Of a stretch of 64,000 nt of DNA, positions 1 through 15,104 are shown one piece after another. Origin of the DNA: Moniliella sp. 'wahieum' (lineage: Eukaryota); the NCBI GenBank assembly GCA_003971905.1, contig RSEE01000100.1, positions 62,001-126,000 of the forward strand. The letters are read 5' to 3'. The notes beneath the pieces are model-generated. The model saw only the letters and a program-made list of their open reading frames with translations. It was not told where the DNA came from and did no database searches. A program made the position numbers and the translations under genes. Position 1 is the stretch's first letter, and every line of letters starts with the position of its first letter.

Positions 1-2948
1 ATCACCGCCCTGGTTTTTTGCCAAAGCGTCCAGTGGCATCTACTGCATGCCTTGCCACGAAGAGCGCGTAGCCAATCACAATCGCCAACGCGCTGCGCGC
101 AAGCGTCAGCAACAACAACAACAACAACAACTGCAGCAGCAGCAGCAGCAGCAACACAACAACAACAAAATCGCCGGCCACACCAGCAGCAGCAGCAGCA
201 GCAGCCTCAGCCAGCCCCCGCGGCCAAGAGCGGCGCAGGTCGAGCAACGATGCAATCTCCGAACCGATGATGGGGCAGCAGCCCATACGCTCAACTGGAT
301 CGGATACCTCCCCCTCTGATGCCGCATCTTTCCCCGCGGCCACCCATCATTACACACCCTCTTTTGAAACCAACCCGGGTCCCTTACCGCCACGCCGAGA
401 GGAGACAACCCTCCATTGGTTCGAGCTCCTCTCTCGTGTCCAAGTCCCGCCGCCCGTCCCAGCCGGCGTCCAACCCTGCTCCCATACCTCCATCTGCCTC
501 CCCTCCCCTGACCCCTCCATTCCGTGCGACGAGATCCACGTTCTTCTCCCTCCTTTCTCCAGGAGCTGGATGCCGGCGAGACCCCGCTCGCCAGCCGGGC
601 GCGTCTTGACCCGGTCGAGGATCCGAGCATCCGATCCATGTCCAGCACCGATGACCTTTCTCGGCCTTCGACTTCGACCCAGACGCGCGGCCCGGCCTCG
701 GGTCAAGAAAGTCCGTTTACCGGCTGGCTATTCCCTGACTCGGGATCGCCTACCAGCGCGCTATTTGACCCGTCCGTGTCGACAAGGAAAGTACCACCAC
801 CTCTATCTCCTCTGCCCCGCCGGCCGCACTTTCCTCTACAACGAATCTCAGCTTGGGGGGAAATCTAACTGGACAAGGGTACTTTCTTCGTTCCCACTCG
901 CCTCCAGTGAACCCAAGTCAGCTCCCGCGCGCACCCGGACACAACATCGTCCAACCTGGACGAAGGATCCTCCGACTTAGAGCCCGAGCCTGCGTTTCTC
1001 TCTGGACAGGACCCCCGATCGGTCTTGCGCTCCGTACTGGCTTCTTCGGAGGGGGGGCTCGTTTCTCTCTCTGCAGAGATGGCCACGCGGATGCTGGCAC
1101 TGCTCCCCTCGCACTCGGGACGGGAGCGGGCGGGTTCCGTGTCGATGGAGGAAGAGGTCGTGTCGCTGCGTGCCGGTACACGGTTGAAGTACCAGCGTTC
1201 CAAAGAGCATATTCAAGAAACGTCATCGCGACTGGTACCGCACGTACGAATCCAATGCCCATGCCCAGCTGCGCGAGTTGGAAACGGTTGGCTCGACTGA
1301 AGAGTTCTTGCGAGCTCAAGGCGTCCGAGCTGGCAGAGCTAATGGCACGAGAGGAAAAGGAAAAGCCCAGGGGCACGACCCCGCCCCTCCTCCGGTCGAA
1401 CTGGAACGCAACTTGTCTCGTCGGCTCGAACGTGTCTCCTCCAGCTTCCGCACCGAACTCGATTCGCTTTTAGAGCAGCGTGATGCGATGTTAATTGAGG
1501 TGGAGGAGCTGGTTCAGAGCAAGGCTCTCTCCAAAAGGAGAAGGAGGAATTGTCCTTGTCCATTTCTGCTTTGCACAAAGAGAGGGAAGGGAGCAGCATG
1601 CACTGGAACAGGCCAAGCTCGCCTGGCAACGCATGCGGTCCCTCCCTGACCCACCAGTAGGAGAAGCACCTTCACCATCTTTGCCATCTCCAGCCCCTTC
1701 TCCTGATCCGTCCCTGCATGAAGGAGGCAAGATGTTCCGTTGGATGCGAGGCACGGGCCACCGGGCCAGCACCCTCGTTTTCCCTCCACCCCAGCGGCCG
1801 GCCATGTCGCATTCCCCCTCCTCTCCCTTTCTTCAGCACGACTTGGGATGCACCGCCTCAACCGCTCTTCCACCTCTCTCTCAATTGGAGGGGGACTCTA
1901 CTCGCAAGTGGGCGGATCGACTCCCAACCTATTTGCTTCGCATCCCAATGAGTCTGGTGGGGACCTGTCCTTGGTGCCCACCCAGTCCCACGAGCGCAGT
2001 GGGTCCACGTCTGGCTTCCCCGTTCCATCCAAGGGAGGCCATGATCTGCACTCTTTTATCGCGGTCCGTCCCACCCGGTGTATGGTGTGCCAGCGAAGCA
2101 TGTGGGGCCAGACGGAGGTACGATGCGCGTGGTGCAATGGCGCGATGCACCAGCGGTGCATGGAGGGCCAGGTTCCTTTTTGCCAAGTGGGCGAACGGGA
2201 CGAGAGTTTACCCGCCATTCCTGCCCCGCCCTCGGCCTTGGTCGAAGACGGTGAACGCGGAGAGCGCAGCAAGATTCTCCTGGGTTTAGCTGTTCGATTG
2301 GCACCGACTTGTCCGTCCAAGCTGCGCTGGAGGGCGGCCTGGTCCCCCACATCCTGTCCAAATGCATCGAGGCAATCGAGGCCACCGCGCTGCGTTCCGA
2401 GGGCATCTATCGCCAGACGGGCGGGTCGGGACAGGTGACGCTCATCACCTCCCTGTTTGAGCAAGGGTGCGAATTTGATCTGCTTGACTCGTCTCGGTTC
2501 AACGATCCCGATGCGATTGGGTCGGTGCTCAAGAACTATTTACGTGCTTTGCCCGTGGCCCTTATCCCCCCCCCGCCACCCACGCCCACCTGGTTTCTCT
2601 CTCCTCGAAGTTAGCCAGCCGGACCTGGAGGAGGTGAGGAAGCGGTTCGAACCCTTCCACCTGCCCACAAGGCTTCGGCTGCGCTTCTGGTGCGTCATCT
2701 CAACCACATCCACCAAGCCCGCAAGGACAATCTGATGAATGCACGAAACTTGGGGACCGTGTTCGGACCCACCCTCTTCCGATCGCTCACTGCCGCCCAA
2801 GAATTTGCGCAGATGGGACCCAATGCCCGGCTGGTTGAGTGTACGTTGTCTCTCCTCTTGTCTCCTTTCCTTTGCGTTCCACCTACTTACTCACCTTTTG
2901 TGGCCAGTCCTCATCCTTCATCCGGATGTGTTTGACGATGATGTGTGA
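1..2948 (+). CDS. Rga1/Rga2-like RhoGAP (LIM tail, polyQ, coiled coil, C1 domain, RhoGAP domain); 5'-truncated, frameshifted
   Basis: LIM end FAKASSGIYCMPCHEER at the window start; C1 domain HSFIAVRPTRCMVCQRSMWGQTEVRCAWCNGAMHQRC (~2040-2160); RhoGAP motifs VPHILSKCIEAIE..SEGIYR, IGSVLKNYLRALP, NLMNARNLGTVFGPTL; probable last intron ~2841-2907 (GTACGT..CAG); stop TGA 2946-2948. Confidence 0.85.
106..205 (+). repeat. CAA/CAG trinucleotide tracts (polyQ and polyS/N) in the RhoGAP gene
   Basis: (CAA)n and (CAG/AGC)n runs read directly. Confidence 0.9.
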
Positions 2949-3799
2949 CGTGTGACGTGTGACGTGTGACAATGTGAAGCCTCTTGCGTCAGAGGCCAAG
3001 ATATACCCTCGTACTCTTGATATTCCCCTATCTCGCTGATCCGTCCTTTCTCTCTCTATCTCGCTCCTTTTTGCACCTTGCCGGGTTTCCCTACTCCACT
3101 TGCTTTTTGTTGCCGAGAAATTTGCTCTTCTCGCTTAGATTCCCCTCTGCTGGCACAGAACTCTCATTTGCTTCCTTTTGCCACCATTCAATGTCGTAGC
3201 AGTAGAATGGGACGGACACCTCAGAAATCAATAATGTGTTAAGATAGCACCTTTGTTCCACACTACATCGACCTTCTGTCCGTCGGTGTACATGATCTGC
3301 ATGATCCACGTCCCCCGGCCTCCGGTTGGGGGTTTAGTAGTCTCGCAGCCGGCAATACATTTGCACGGTTCTTGCATTATGCGAGGCGTTGCGAGTACGG
3401 GTGATTAGCATCCCTGAGTGTGCGATATACGGTTGTGGCCAGCAGCAGGGTTACTCACTGGATTGGCACTAGCCTGTGAAAGGCTGGTTCGGCGTCCTCG
3501 GAGCAAGGGCATGACAGTTCGGTGGGCCTTCGAAGGCGTTTGACAATTGTGGTCTATTCCTTCGCCCGGCTCTAGAGAGCAGGCCTGCTCGGCAGTACAT
3601 TGACTAGCAGCTCGGCTCAAGGCAAGTGGCTCTCTCAGTGCGAACACCAGAGAGCCGGCCAGCTCGGCAGCACAGTGACTAACCTAGCGTGAGCACAAGA
3701 GACTCTCTGTGGGACGCACCACAGGGCAGGCTGGCTCGGGTAGAGGCAGGCACCACAGGGTATTTATACATGTCACGAGGCACTTAGGGCCTGGTTCCT

Positions 3800-4316
3800 A
3801 CTGTATGCAAGCAGCCGTGTCTAAGGCTTGTTGCTATAGCTGTCGTGCTTATCGGCCATCCTGTCCCTGGTCCCCCGACTGTCCATTCCGCTCTCGCCCT
3901 TCCACCTTCCACCACCCTCACGAATTTACGACTCACATCGATTACACTGCACGTTGCGGGTATCTCAGTAGTCCCTTTGCTTTTCATCACGACTCTGTCC
4001 GATTCCACCTACTCCAACGAGCAGAGTGTGGTAACGCCACCGGGAAGAGCGTTACCCCGGAGCTCCTGCCGACCCTACTTTCAACTGGTCTGACGACCTA
4101 CGTACGCGACTTCTACCTCGGAGGGTCTGCGCTGCGGCCTTTTTGCACACAGTCAGCCATCCAAACTAGTAGAGGGTCTTCCCCTTCCCTCTACACCCGC
4201 TCGGTTCAACCAGATCTGAATCAGAACCTAATGGACGTGGCTCCGATTGGCCGTCCAAGGGTTTGTACCCCTAAACAACAGGGGTGGGTCCCCCTTCAGG
4301 ACTCACCCCCCTGACG
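3800..4316 (+). mobile_element. Degenerate solo-LTR relic related to the LTR at 61519-62189; 5' boundary uncertain
   Basis: Collinear shared blocks: ACGAATTTACGACT, AGTGTGGTAACGCC, TACACC.GCT.GGTTCAACCAG..ATCTGAA..AG.ACCTAA; ends CCCCTGACG versus CCCCATGACA. Confidence 0.65.
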
Positions 4317-4845
4317 CCTTGCATTCATGCCTGGGTTCTGCTGTGTCCGGGTCCGACCTAATACGTCTGTACTACTCACTCCTTCTGCATGTCCACATTC
4401 AAGAAAAAGGCCCTCATATTCGGGACTCTGTCGCAGTCATCAGCTGCATCAGCTCTCTCCATTTTGGGAGTATCCGTACGAAGCATAGTAGTAGTCTGCT
4501 CCGACCTACAATCGCCCTCAACCACCGCAACGTCGGATCCCATCGGGCAATCGATCAGGTCTTCGTCGCCGTGTGTTCGTAGTTTCGCCACCACCAACAC
4601 AAACGAAAGCAACATATGCATATATATCCCTCAACTTTTTCATACGATCGACAGGAGGGCGGAAGAGGAGAATAGGAGAGAAACGCGGCCGGTGATGGGA
4701 GTAGGGTTCAACGTTTTACCATTCACCGTCCAATTATTACCCCTTCAATTCAATGTGATGGAACAAGCTGCGGGAGCGAATACTCGAGATGAGGATGGGA
4801 AGGGGAAGGGGGGGTTAGGGGACACTAGCCTACGTCCATATGGAA

Positions 4846-7800
4846 TCATATGCGTTCACACCTGGCTGTTGCGGCGGACGGTTCGCCTCGCGGCGCTTCG
4901 TCGCCCGAGTCGGCGGTGAGGGGCGAGGGGGCCTCCAAACCATAGGTCACCGCATCCCGCCGACGCTTGAAGAGAGATTGCTGCGCCACAAGCAGCTCTT
5001 TGGTTTTCGGCATCAACCGCTTTGCGCGTCGCGCTGCTCCGTTTGGGATTGTAATTGTTGTTGCCGCCTTCGGCGGGAGTGAGCGTGCCAGGGCTGACGG
5101 AGGTGCTGGGCGGGAGGGGCAGGTGGTGGGGCAAGGAGGTAGTGGCAGGTGGTGAGGCAGAAACCGTGCGTGGTTCCCCGGGCCCATTGAGACGCGGGGA
5201 GGCGGCCAAGGGGGTGTTGCGTTTGGGCGTGAATACGAGGCCTCCATCCTCAGCGTCCGACGAGGAGGCGGGCTGGTGGGACGAGACGGTGACGGAAACA
5301 GGAGGACGCGGGGAGTTGTGGCGGTCGGGGGAAGGGTGGGAAAGGGGCGAGGCAAGGAGCGATGGCGATGTAGGCGAGGCGACAAGGAAGCCAAATTTTT
5401 CGGACGGGGCATGCTGAAATGGGCCTGTGCTTCGGCCGTCGCTTGTTCCCGCTCGGTTTGACGTTCCTCGTACAGGTCAAAGGTATCGCCCATCCAAAAG
5501 CCGAGATAGCGGATCACTTTGATCGCTTCGGGCATGATGCTGCTCATTTGCATAAAGCCATGGGACCAACCTTCGAGGATGCGAAGATGGACAAACTCGT
5601 CCTCAGGCTCGTCCCACTCCTCTTCTTCCTCCTCTCCTCCCGCTCCAGCCATGGGGAAGGTCATCCGCAGCGTCTCATCCAGCCGGGCGCGCGCTTGCTC
5701 CTGCTGCGCCCGCTTGCGCTCCAATCCGGCCCGCCGCGCCATTTTGGCCTCCCAAATGCGGCCCGCGAGCACAACCGAGTCGTCGCACAACGGATCTTTT
5801 TCTCCGCACACGATGAGGGTAGGAGGGAACTGGGCCAAGACAGAGGCGGGGGCCTTGATAGGGGAAAGGTAGTAATTGGTCGCTAGATTCGGCTGGCGAT
5901 GCGGACCAATGTACAAAATGGCCATGGAACGCATCATGCCCGGGGTCAGGATCCTGTCTTGGAAGTAAGCCGTTGTCGAGCTCATTGTCAGTCGTGTCTC
6001 GACCGGGCCAGCCTTGTGGCTCTGTTGTTGCTTTTCCAAGCGTGCATCCTCGTCGGCCTTGGCCAAAGCTAGTGCCGTCTGCAACTGCTCATCCTTTTTC
6101 TGCCGTGCTGCCAACGAAGCGGAGCGAGAGCGAGAGCGTGTGGACCGCTGCCACTCTTGCGCGTCATTCAGAAGAGAATTCATGCCTACCAAGAGCCCCG
6201 GAAGCCCAGAGACGGTAGGATCATCAAACAAGGGCTGTTGCACTCGGGGTTGCTCGTCGGCCGTGGTGTCTTCCGATGCCACACCCTGTCCTTCCTTCCC
6301 ATCCTCCCAATCATCCGTATCTTCTGCACGGGAAAACTCTGCCCGCTCAGCAAGATGCTTGCGTGCCTCACTTGCCAGGGAAGAGAAGTGGCTTGCCGAT
6401 TTGGCGCGCGACATTTGAGGCCGTTGGGGCTTGGTAGCACGCGAGGGAGACACAGTAGAAGGGTTACCAGAGTTTGCGTCCTGGGCTGACAAGCCAGAAG
6501 CAGCCGTAGCCTGAGTAGCTAGATTGGGGAAACTGCCCGAGGCGCGGCGGATGTGCCGCAGCTCGGCGGCTGAGTATTTACGGGACAGACGGGAGAGAGA
6601 CCGAGACCGAGGGCTAGACGGACGCTCGGACGATGATTCTCCACTGCAGTTACCGTTTCAGCGGGAGTCCCCATCTCGTGCAAGCTGCGTTCACTCTGTT
6701 TGCGCAGCACTCGCAGTGTCTCGGGGTCGAGCCAGACACTGTAGTTGACATTGACCGAAGGGTAAGCGAGTAGGAGCCCAATGGGCTTGGGAAGTGGGGG
6801 GGGGTCTCGCCATTCGGCACGCCGAGCTCTTTACACTGCTCTTCTTCAAGCGGCGTGCGATCCACATGGTAGGCAGCACGAACGTGATGGTCCGGGTACT
6901 CGATGGTACGAATGGCACAGCTTGCGGCCATGTGCCCTCCAGCCGAATCCCCAGTGATAATCACTTGGAAATCATCGCTGCCGCTCATGCCAATTACGCG
7001 ACCCTTGGTGAGGTGGAGGATGCGATAAGCATCAAAGCACTCCTCTTGTGCGTATGGGAAGACAAACTCGGGAGCCTTGGCATAGTTGAGCGACAGCACC
7101 ACTTTGCCCGTTTCCTTGGCCAGTTGCCGAAGACGCTCTTCATGGTGCTCGGGGGACTGCGGAGAGGAGTCAACACAGAGGAAGAGGAGGGATGGGCAAG
7201 GGGGATGAAGAATGGGCGAGAAGACGTACCATGGAGATCCATCCACCCCCAGGAAAGTCGAGGATAAGCTGGTATTGGTCGCGCAGCTGGGTATAGGAGC
7301 CGTTGAAGAAAAGCATGGCTTGGATGGGGCGGCGTGCATAGGCGCCGATGGGCGGGCGGGGCAAGAGGAGCTTCTTGACCAGCTTGGGGCGGTACCAGGT
7401 GAGGGAGGTGGCAAAGCGGATGTAGGGGTTGGTGGTCTTGTGCCACTGGGTGCGGAGCATATCAATGGTGGAGTAGGCGCGGTACTTGCGCAGGCGCTCG
7501 TCGGCGGCACGGTCAAAGACGAGGAAGTAGAAGGTAACAGGACGCTGCAGAGGTCGCGCAGCCACTTGGGCGGATGGCATGCTGGTGGTGAAGGCCGTGT
7601 CGAGGGCGCAGTTGATCCAGGTGGCGCGGTAGAAGTTGCGGTTGTACATGCGTGCCAGGGCTCGGGGGGGGCGAGGCCGAGGACCGAGTCGAAGTTCTTG
7701 AGCCCATACAGCGACACGAGCACGCCGACGACGAGCTGCCAGGGCGAGGCGTGGCGCAGACGGCGGCCGGCCCAGCGCAGGGGCGCGACGCGGGGGCCAT

Positions 7801-7902
7801 GGCGGGGGCCCCAGGCGAGGAGAGCAGACCAGAAGAGGAGAGGACGATGGTCTGGTAGCGCTTGATGCGCCGCGACGGACGCCCGAGCAGATTGTCGATC
7901 AT
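4846..7902 (-). CDS. Hormone-sensitive-lipase-like alpha/beta hydrolase; frameshifted
   Basis: N-terminus MIDNLLGRPS; oxyanion region DFPGGGW; LNYAKAPEFVFPYA; nucleophile elbow GDSAGG; CGEKDPLCDDS; WSHGFMQM; probable intron ~7156-7228. Confidence 0.85.
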
Positions 7903-8811
7903 GGCGTGGGGGCACGCAGCACTGGCGGCGTTGGCGGCGTTGGCGAGCTGGTCGGGGACAACCGAGGACAAACGAGGGAATATGGCCGCCTCCGCTTTCA
8001 CAGCGCGGCGGGCATTCCTGCCCCTCCGCCCGGGCCGGTGTGCCGATGGACGCGCGGCACCACACCGCACCCATGCCGCGCCCCCGAAAGCCGGGTACGC
8101 GGGTACCCGTGACGTCACCCGTGGCTGGCGGCCCCCGCACGGTCATGTGACCGGGCGCGTGCGTTCTGCCCCGGCCTCTCACCTCCACCATATCTTCAGC
8201 TGCATGCGCTTTGTGTTGCTTTGCCAGGGAAGTACTTGTCAGAGGCTGCTGCCTGGTCAAGCTCCACAGCCCGCCTGTTGCGCACGCTACCTCCCAGCCG
8301 AACGAATCCCTGCTGTCGGACCAAAGAAAAAAGTGCCGGCGTGCTAGGAGTGATAGTGGCGCGTGATCATGTGATAGGCGATGCGCATGTAGCACAGGTA
8401 GCACTGCAAGCAGCAAATTGAATGTCTTCCACATCTCGATCGCTCCACGCACGGAGCAGGTAATAGGTCTACTGGTCCACGTCGATAATCGAGCTATCAG
8501 AGCATCACTGAGTGTGCCCAGTAGGTCAGTGGCCCAGCTGCAAGATCCTCTCGCAAGCGCATTACCAGCTTCTGGTCACGGGACCCGTCACGTGGTGTGT
8601 GGCGTGTGGCGGCGTAGGACGCTATCGACCAGGCTTTTGGTTTTCATTGGCCTGAACCCTTTTATTGATGCACTTGATTGAAGTTACCAGCCGGCTACCG
8701 GCTGTCCTAGTAGGTTTGACCTGACCTCAAACTTCTGTGACACCCTATAAACACGCGGCCTCTCCCTCATGCCACATCACAACCACACTCTCCGCCATCC
8801 TTCCTTTTCCC

Positions 8812-9737
8812 ATGGACGCCCTTGTTGCCCACACTACGCTGGGCGTAGCACACAGCGCTGCCGAGTGGTTCTCGCGCGCCCTCGGCTGGAGATACGTGGC
8901 TCTTTGGGCCGTGTCATTTATCCCCCAAATCCTCCACAGTCAGCAAACCCAAAGTGTGGCCGGCGTCAGCAGCGACTTCATCTTCCTTAACGTGACCGGC
9001 TTTTTATCCTATCTCTCTGCCACTCGCGCACTTCTGGTGAATACAACCGTTCGCCGCGAATATGCTGAGCGGCACAATGGATGTCACCCTTTGGCCCGTT
9101 GGAACGATGCGGTCTTTGCTGCCTGGGCGTCCTTCTGTGCCTTAGTCCAACTGGGCCAGGCTGTTGCGTTTCATCGCACTACCAACCCCGTGTCCCGACC
9201 AACCGTTTTCCTCTTGTTCGTTTTTTGCAAGTGTCGTGTCGGGATTCCTGGTGACTATCACGAGCGCTGAACAGTGGTGAACTGGCTCGACTATGTCAAC
9301 TTTCTCTTTTTCGTCAAACTCAGCATTACCCTTATCAAATACATCCCCCAGGTTGCTCTCAACTACCATCGCAAATCGACACGAGGCTATCGAGTCGAAA
9401 ACCTCTGTTTTCCGATCTCGGTGGAGGCATGTTATCCTTCGCTCGCTCAGCTTGTACTCGACGCATTCATAGAGGGCGACTGGAGCGCATCACCGGCCAT
9501 CCCGCCAAGCTGTATGTCATGATTTGTATTGTATCATTGGTGAAAACGTACGCTAACTTCGTCTTTCCTGTTCTCTCGTTTAGTGGGATTGCTCTTATTG
9601 CGCTCGGTATGGACGTCATCTTGATTATTCAGTGGGCAGCATACGACAAGAAGCCTGCCGGCTCTGTCGTGACCGACGAGGAAGCAAGCCCAGGTGAGGC
9701 CACTGAACGAACGTCACTTCTTTTCGAACGCTCATAA
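8812..9737 (+). CDS. Cystinosin/ERS1-like PQ-loop vacuolar amino-acid transporter; frameshifted
   Basis: Two PQ motifs (WAVSFIPQI; KYIPQVALNYHRKSTRG); GVSSDFIFLNVTGF; C-terminal acidic dileucine-like ERTSLL; probable intron ~9511-9583. Confidence 0.85.
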
Positions 9738-10060
9738 ATCCCTTCAGCCTTACCTCGACTCAATGCAGCTTGTACGGGTTCCGCATTCATCCACCTTCAT
9801 TGCCTCGACGCTCATCGCCCACACCGTTCAACACTTTGATACGGTGCTTTCTTCGACGACCATATATGCCACTGATTAATTATTGTACGATAGGCTCAAG
9901 AGTTTCTCTTTCGTGTATGAATGTCATGCCAGTTTCACGTGTTCTCTTCTTGTTCAAGACCCTGGATGCCTTTTCCGTTTCGGCATCCATGCCCACCAGA
10001 CATGCCATGACCAAGAAAATGAAGATCCATTGTGACGACCCGAGGTGGATGTGGGGGGCT

Positions 10061-10560
10061 TCACTCGACGATCTTCAGCCCCATAGATCGCAAAGATCCA
10101 GCAACGCTTCGTACAACAGCCTCGAGTGTCAAGTTGGGTTTCTTAGTGCTCCCTACACCGCTATTTTGAGTCTGGTAATGCGGTAGATCTGCTTCGTGTG
10201 GTCACTGTGTCGGCTACCTCTCACGCCAGGCCCATGAGAAGATCCATTTTCGATTCCGGTCGCTTTATGTAGCAGCCAGCTCGCGTGATTTGTTGGTTAC
10301 AGCAGGCTGTGCAAATCATACTCATTTGCCCCACCCGCATTGCGCCGGCCCATCCCCGCATAAAGACCTTGACGGGGGGGGGGGGGGGGGGGATGTCGAG
10401 GAGGACGTGGGCAGTGCGGGCATTGAACTGCTTGGCAAAACCAATGGCCTTCACGTCGTTGGATCAAGGCACGGGGCCCACAGGGGTCTGAGCCGAAACC
10501 TTGCCAGCCGGCATGACCAAGCGACCCTCCTTGGTGGCCCAGCTGGGGGCTGGCCTTCGG
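10061..10560 (-). pseudogene. Degenerate mitochondrial ribosomal protein uL11 gene
   Basis: Minus-strand pieces RLVMPAGKVSAQTPVGPVP*SNDVKAIGFAKQFNARTAH, WLLHKATGIENGS, KQIYRITRLK and LEAVVRSVAGSLRSMGLKIVE* follow the uL11 motif order; in-frame TGA, frameshifts and a 19-nt G/C run. Confidence 0.75.
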
Positions 10561-10824
10561 TTGGATCCCCACTGCCTGCCCTCGGCTCTTAACATGCCAA
10601 CATTTCGAAGCAGCAGGCGGAACAACTAGCTAGGATGTGGGGTCGGGGCGGAATTTGCGACATGGAATTTCAAATTTCAGCAGGCCCCATACCCGGTATG
10701 CCCACTGTTTTTTTCCGGGGATCAGGCGGTCAGGCCAGGGAGAAAATCAGATAGTAGTCGAGCAAGATCTTGGGCGGAGAAAGGGAGGTACGGCCAGAGT
10801 CGCACCATCTTTGCTCTGATTTGA

Positions 10825-11977
<1,153 letters not shown>

Positions 11978-12892
11978 TGATTGGGCTTTCACTCTGGCAA
12001 TACATGCAGGGTCTTGGTCATGTTATCACAGACACAGGACGCCCTTTCTTCAGAAAAATCCACCAGTACGACAGGGGACAATCATAGCTGTATAGTATAA
12101 TTGTTGCCAAACAGGGCGAATTTGGACTAAATACGAAGATGGAATGCATTGGAGGCAAAGGATCCACTAAAGGCGACTACAATGAGAAAACAAAAGCATG
12201 TGAAGAATCAAAGGGACCTGTGGGCAATCATGCGGTAGTCCACCATGTCGCAAAGGTGTACACGGATGCCAACTCATTTTGAGGGTAGTAGATGGTGTGC
12301 GAGACACACCCGTCCACTGTCAGATCTCAGAACAAAACAGATCTACTGCACAGCAGAGGAGAGTGTGTGCCACTCTACTGGCTAGCATTCGAACGAGCTC
12401 GATCACTTGATCTGGATCCTTCCTCATCAGGTAGCGAAGTTCCTACTCGGCGCGTTGCTCCGCGGTAGAACTGGGCGAGCGGATAAAGCTGGTATTGGGA
12501 ACCTTTCGTACTGCTATAAAAGAAAGATGCTGATTGTTGTGTGTTTAACATGGAGACGCTATAGCTTCCCGAGACCGGGTGCAACGGTGGCACTACAACA
12601 GGTCACTCATACTCACTGCTCCGTCGGCGTGCCTGCCCTTTCCTTTTTGTGCTCCTGCGTTCGCATCCTCTCCTGTCTTCTCTCCCCCGCTTCCACTCGA
12701 TACTTCGTTCGATAATCGATACCGTCCACCGATCACATTATGGTCACACCCTCCCTGCTCGTGATCTGTGTGATCAGTCGATCACTCCCTAGCTTTTTTC
12801 AGTCAGTATGCTCAGTTGGGGCATCTGATCGGGGCCAGTTGGCCACGGAACATCAGTTAAACTTATGGGAGCAAAGGAAACGGATACGACCA

Positions 12893-12933
12893 TTGAAGCT
12901 TGAAGCTTGAAGCTTGAAGCTTGAAGCTTGAAG
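12893..12933. repeat. (TTGAAGC)n heptamer tandem repeat; second array at 13087-13120
   Basis: Five full copies plus a partial copy; the unit contains palindrome AAGCTT. Confidence 0.95.
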
Positions 12934-15104
12934 AGGCATCTCTGTTACGTTGTTGAGCCACAGGGTGGCTCGTGCGTTTCTGACCAAAGCTGGTCCCTTC
13001 ACTCCCTCCTCAGACGTTGGAGCTCCGATATTTTCTCGCTTATATTTTCCCTGGTCCGCTTCCAGGCCCGGGGGGAATGGCTGTTCGCTTGAAGCTTGAA
13101 GCTTGAAGCTTGAAGCTTGACCTCTGAAGCTCTGAAGCTTGGTACCCTGAGGCCTGAGAAGGGACTGAACGCGACTTGGGCCTTATTGGCCGGCTAAACG
13201 CACAAGCCGCCCTGTGGTTCATCATCGAGTGCACGGTGAGAAGGGAAGAGACGGTATCCGATGTCCGATGTCCGATGACCGGTGACCGGCCTGACCGGCG
13301 ACCGATGATCGGGGAAACGACATGCAAGGGCGACGACACTGACGCAAGGGAGACAAGGGGATGCGCGCGCTTTGCTCGTCCGATCTCACCCGGCACGTAC
13401 ATGCTCGTGGAGATGCAGAATGGGTCGCCATGGGTCCAGCCTGGGTCACCGGTCACATGTCACGCACCATGCATCATGGCAGATGCATCCAGTGGCTTCT
13501 GGAGGGGAGTGCCAGCAGAGCAGGGGTAGCAGTTTCTGCCGATCCATCCATCTCCTCCCAGATCCCCCCCCCCCTTGCGCCGATGGGAGACAGGAAACGG
13601 AAAACGCGGCGGAGGTGGTGGGTCGCGTGGGCGTGGCCCTGCGTGGACTGGCACGGAGCAGGGCGGAGCAGCGCGGAGCCCGGAGTCGTGGGACGACTGC
13701 TTTACATAAGAATGCCACGTGAGGGTGAGTAGGTAGTGCACGCTCACCGTTTTCCGTTGCCCCCCCCCACCAACCCACCATCTGATGGAAGAGCGACGTA
13801 CCCCTTACCTCGAGACTTGGAGATTGTATCAGCAAGCACGCTGCACGCGAGCCCCTTGCACCAGTTGGCAACGTGTTGCACGCACTCGCTCGGCCGTCCC
13901 AGTGGGGAAAAGACAAATGATTGATGAGATCCCCATAACGAACAGTTCTTGACCATGGTCACGAAGATGATGCTTGAGCTTGAAGGTCGGAGGTGGGTCG
14001 GAGGGGTCGGACCGGCACTGTGGTCACTACTGGGGTCACTACTAGCTACTGGTCACTAGGACCTGGCTTGGGCTGTCTCCTGAGCCTGCCGCTGTGTTGG
14101 CATGTGGCTCTCAACAATCAGCGTCAACAATCGTTAATCATTAATCAGCGTTCAACGTGTTCATCGTATTGAAGTTCAACGTACGTTCAACGTTCAGCGC
14201 GTCAAGAGCTCTTCGAGCTTGCATTCAATATTCGCACGATGCATGATGCATGATCCGAGCGACCGGTTGCCAACAGTTCCTCTCCATTGTGTGGATGTGT
14301 GATTGGTGTTCCATGCTGTTTGTGGGAAGATGTGCAAGGCAACGACGCATGGGGTGTGGAATGCCGTGCCTATAGTACCTACGAGGAGGTGACTAAGTTG
14401 TGGCTCACGTCGTCTGCTCCGGCATCGAGCATCCCAGCGCACACATGTGCAAAACAATAGTCCGCATTCAAGTTTAGACGCCATCAATATACGTACCGCG
14501 GCATCGCCCACATCCGAGCGAGAGAGGCGGCAACGCGGCGCCCTGAGACGCAATAATCCGACACGTTATTGGCTGCGATAAACACGGCCAGTCACTAGTT
14601 ACCGGCTACCATATAGTTCTTGGCTGCCGACTCCCGCAGGATCGCCGGCGCGTCGACGCGCCGATGAGAGACTGCCGAAGGATCGTAATCGATAATCGAT
14701 AATGGATCATCCGTCCCCGGGCGCTCGCTTCAGCGCCCTAAAGCTTGAGCCTACCCAGCCTTCTGGCTACTACTGTGCGAAGTGCCCCTTCTTTCGCCTG
14801 AGTGTGAGAAGGCGTCTTGCCGGAGAAGGTTTGCACGCAGGGTTCAGGCAGCACTCGGTGGGGGGCGCACAAGACGTTTGTATGCTTTTAGCCGCGCTTG
14901 ATCAACTCGCTAAATAGCGCGCCCCCCCCGCCCCCCCCGTTGTCCGTCCCCCCTCCGCCGCCCCCAGCCCTTTTGTTTTTCCAGCCGACAGCCAGCCGCA
15001 TCGCATATAGCGGTCCCCGCCGCTCTTTTCCTGCGCCTCCGCCTCCACCTCTCCCTCCCCCCACCCCCAGCCCGTGCTGTCCCATAGCCGTACCAGCCAC
15101 AGGC

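Noticed and set aside
12318..12737. Possible solo LTR with TATAAA
   Set aside because: No TSD and no homologous copy
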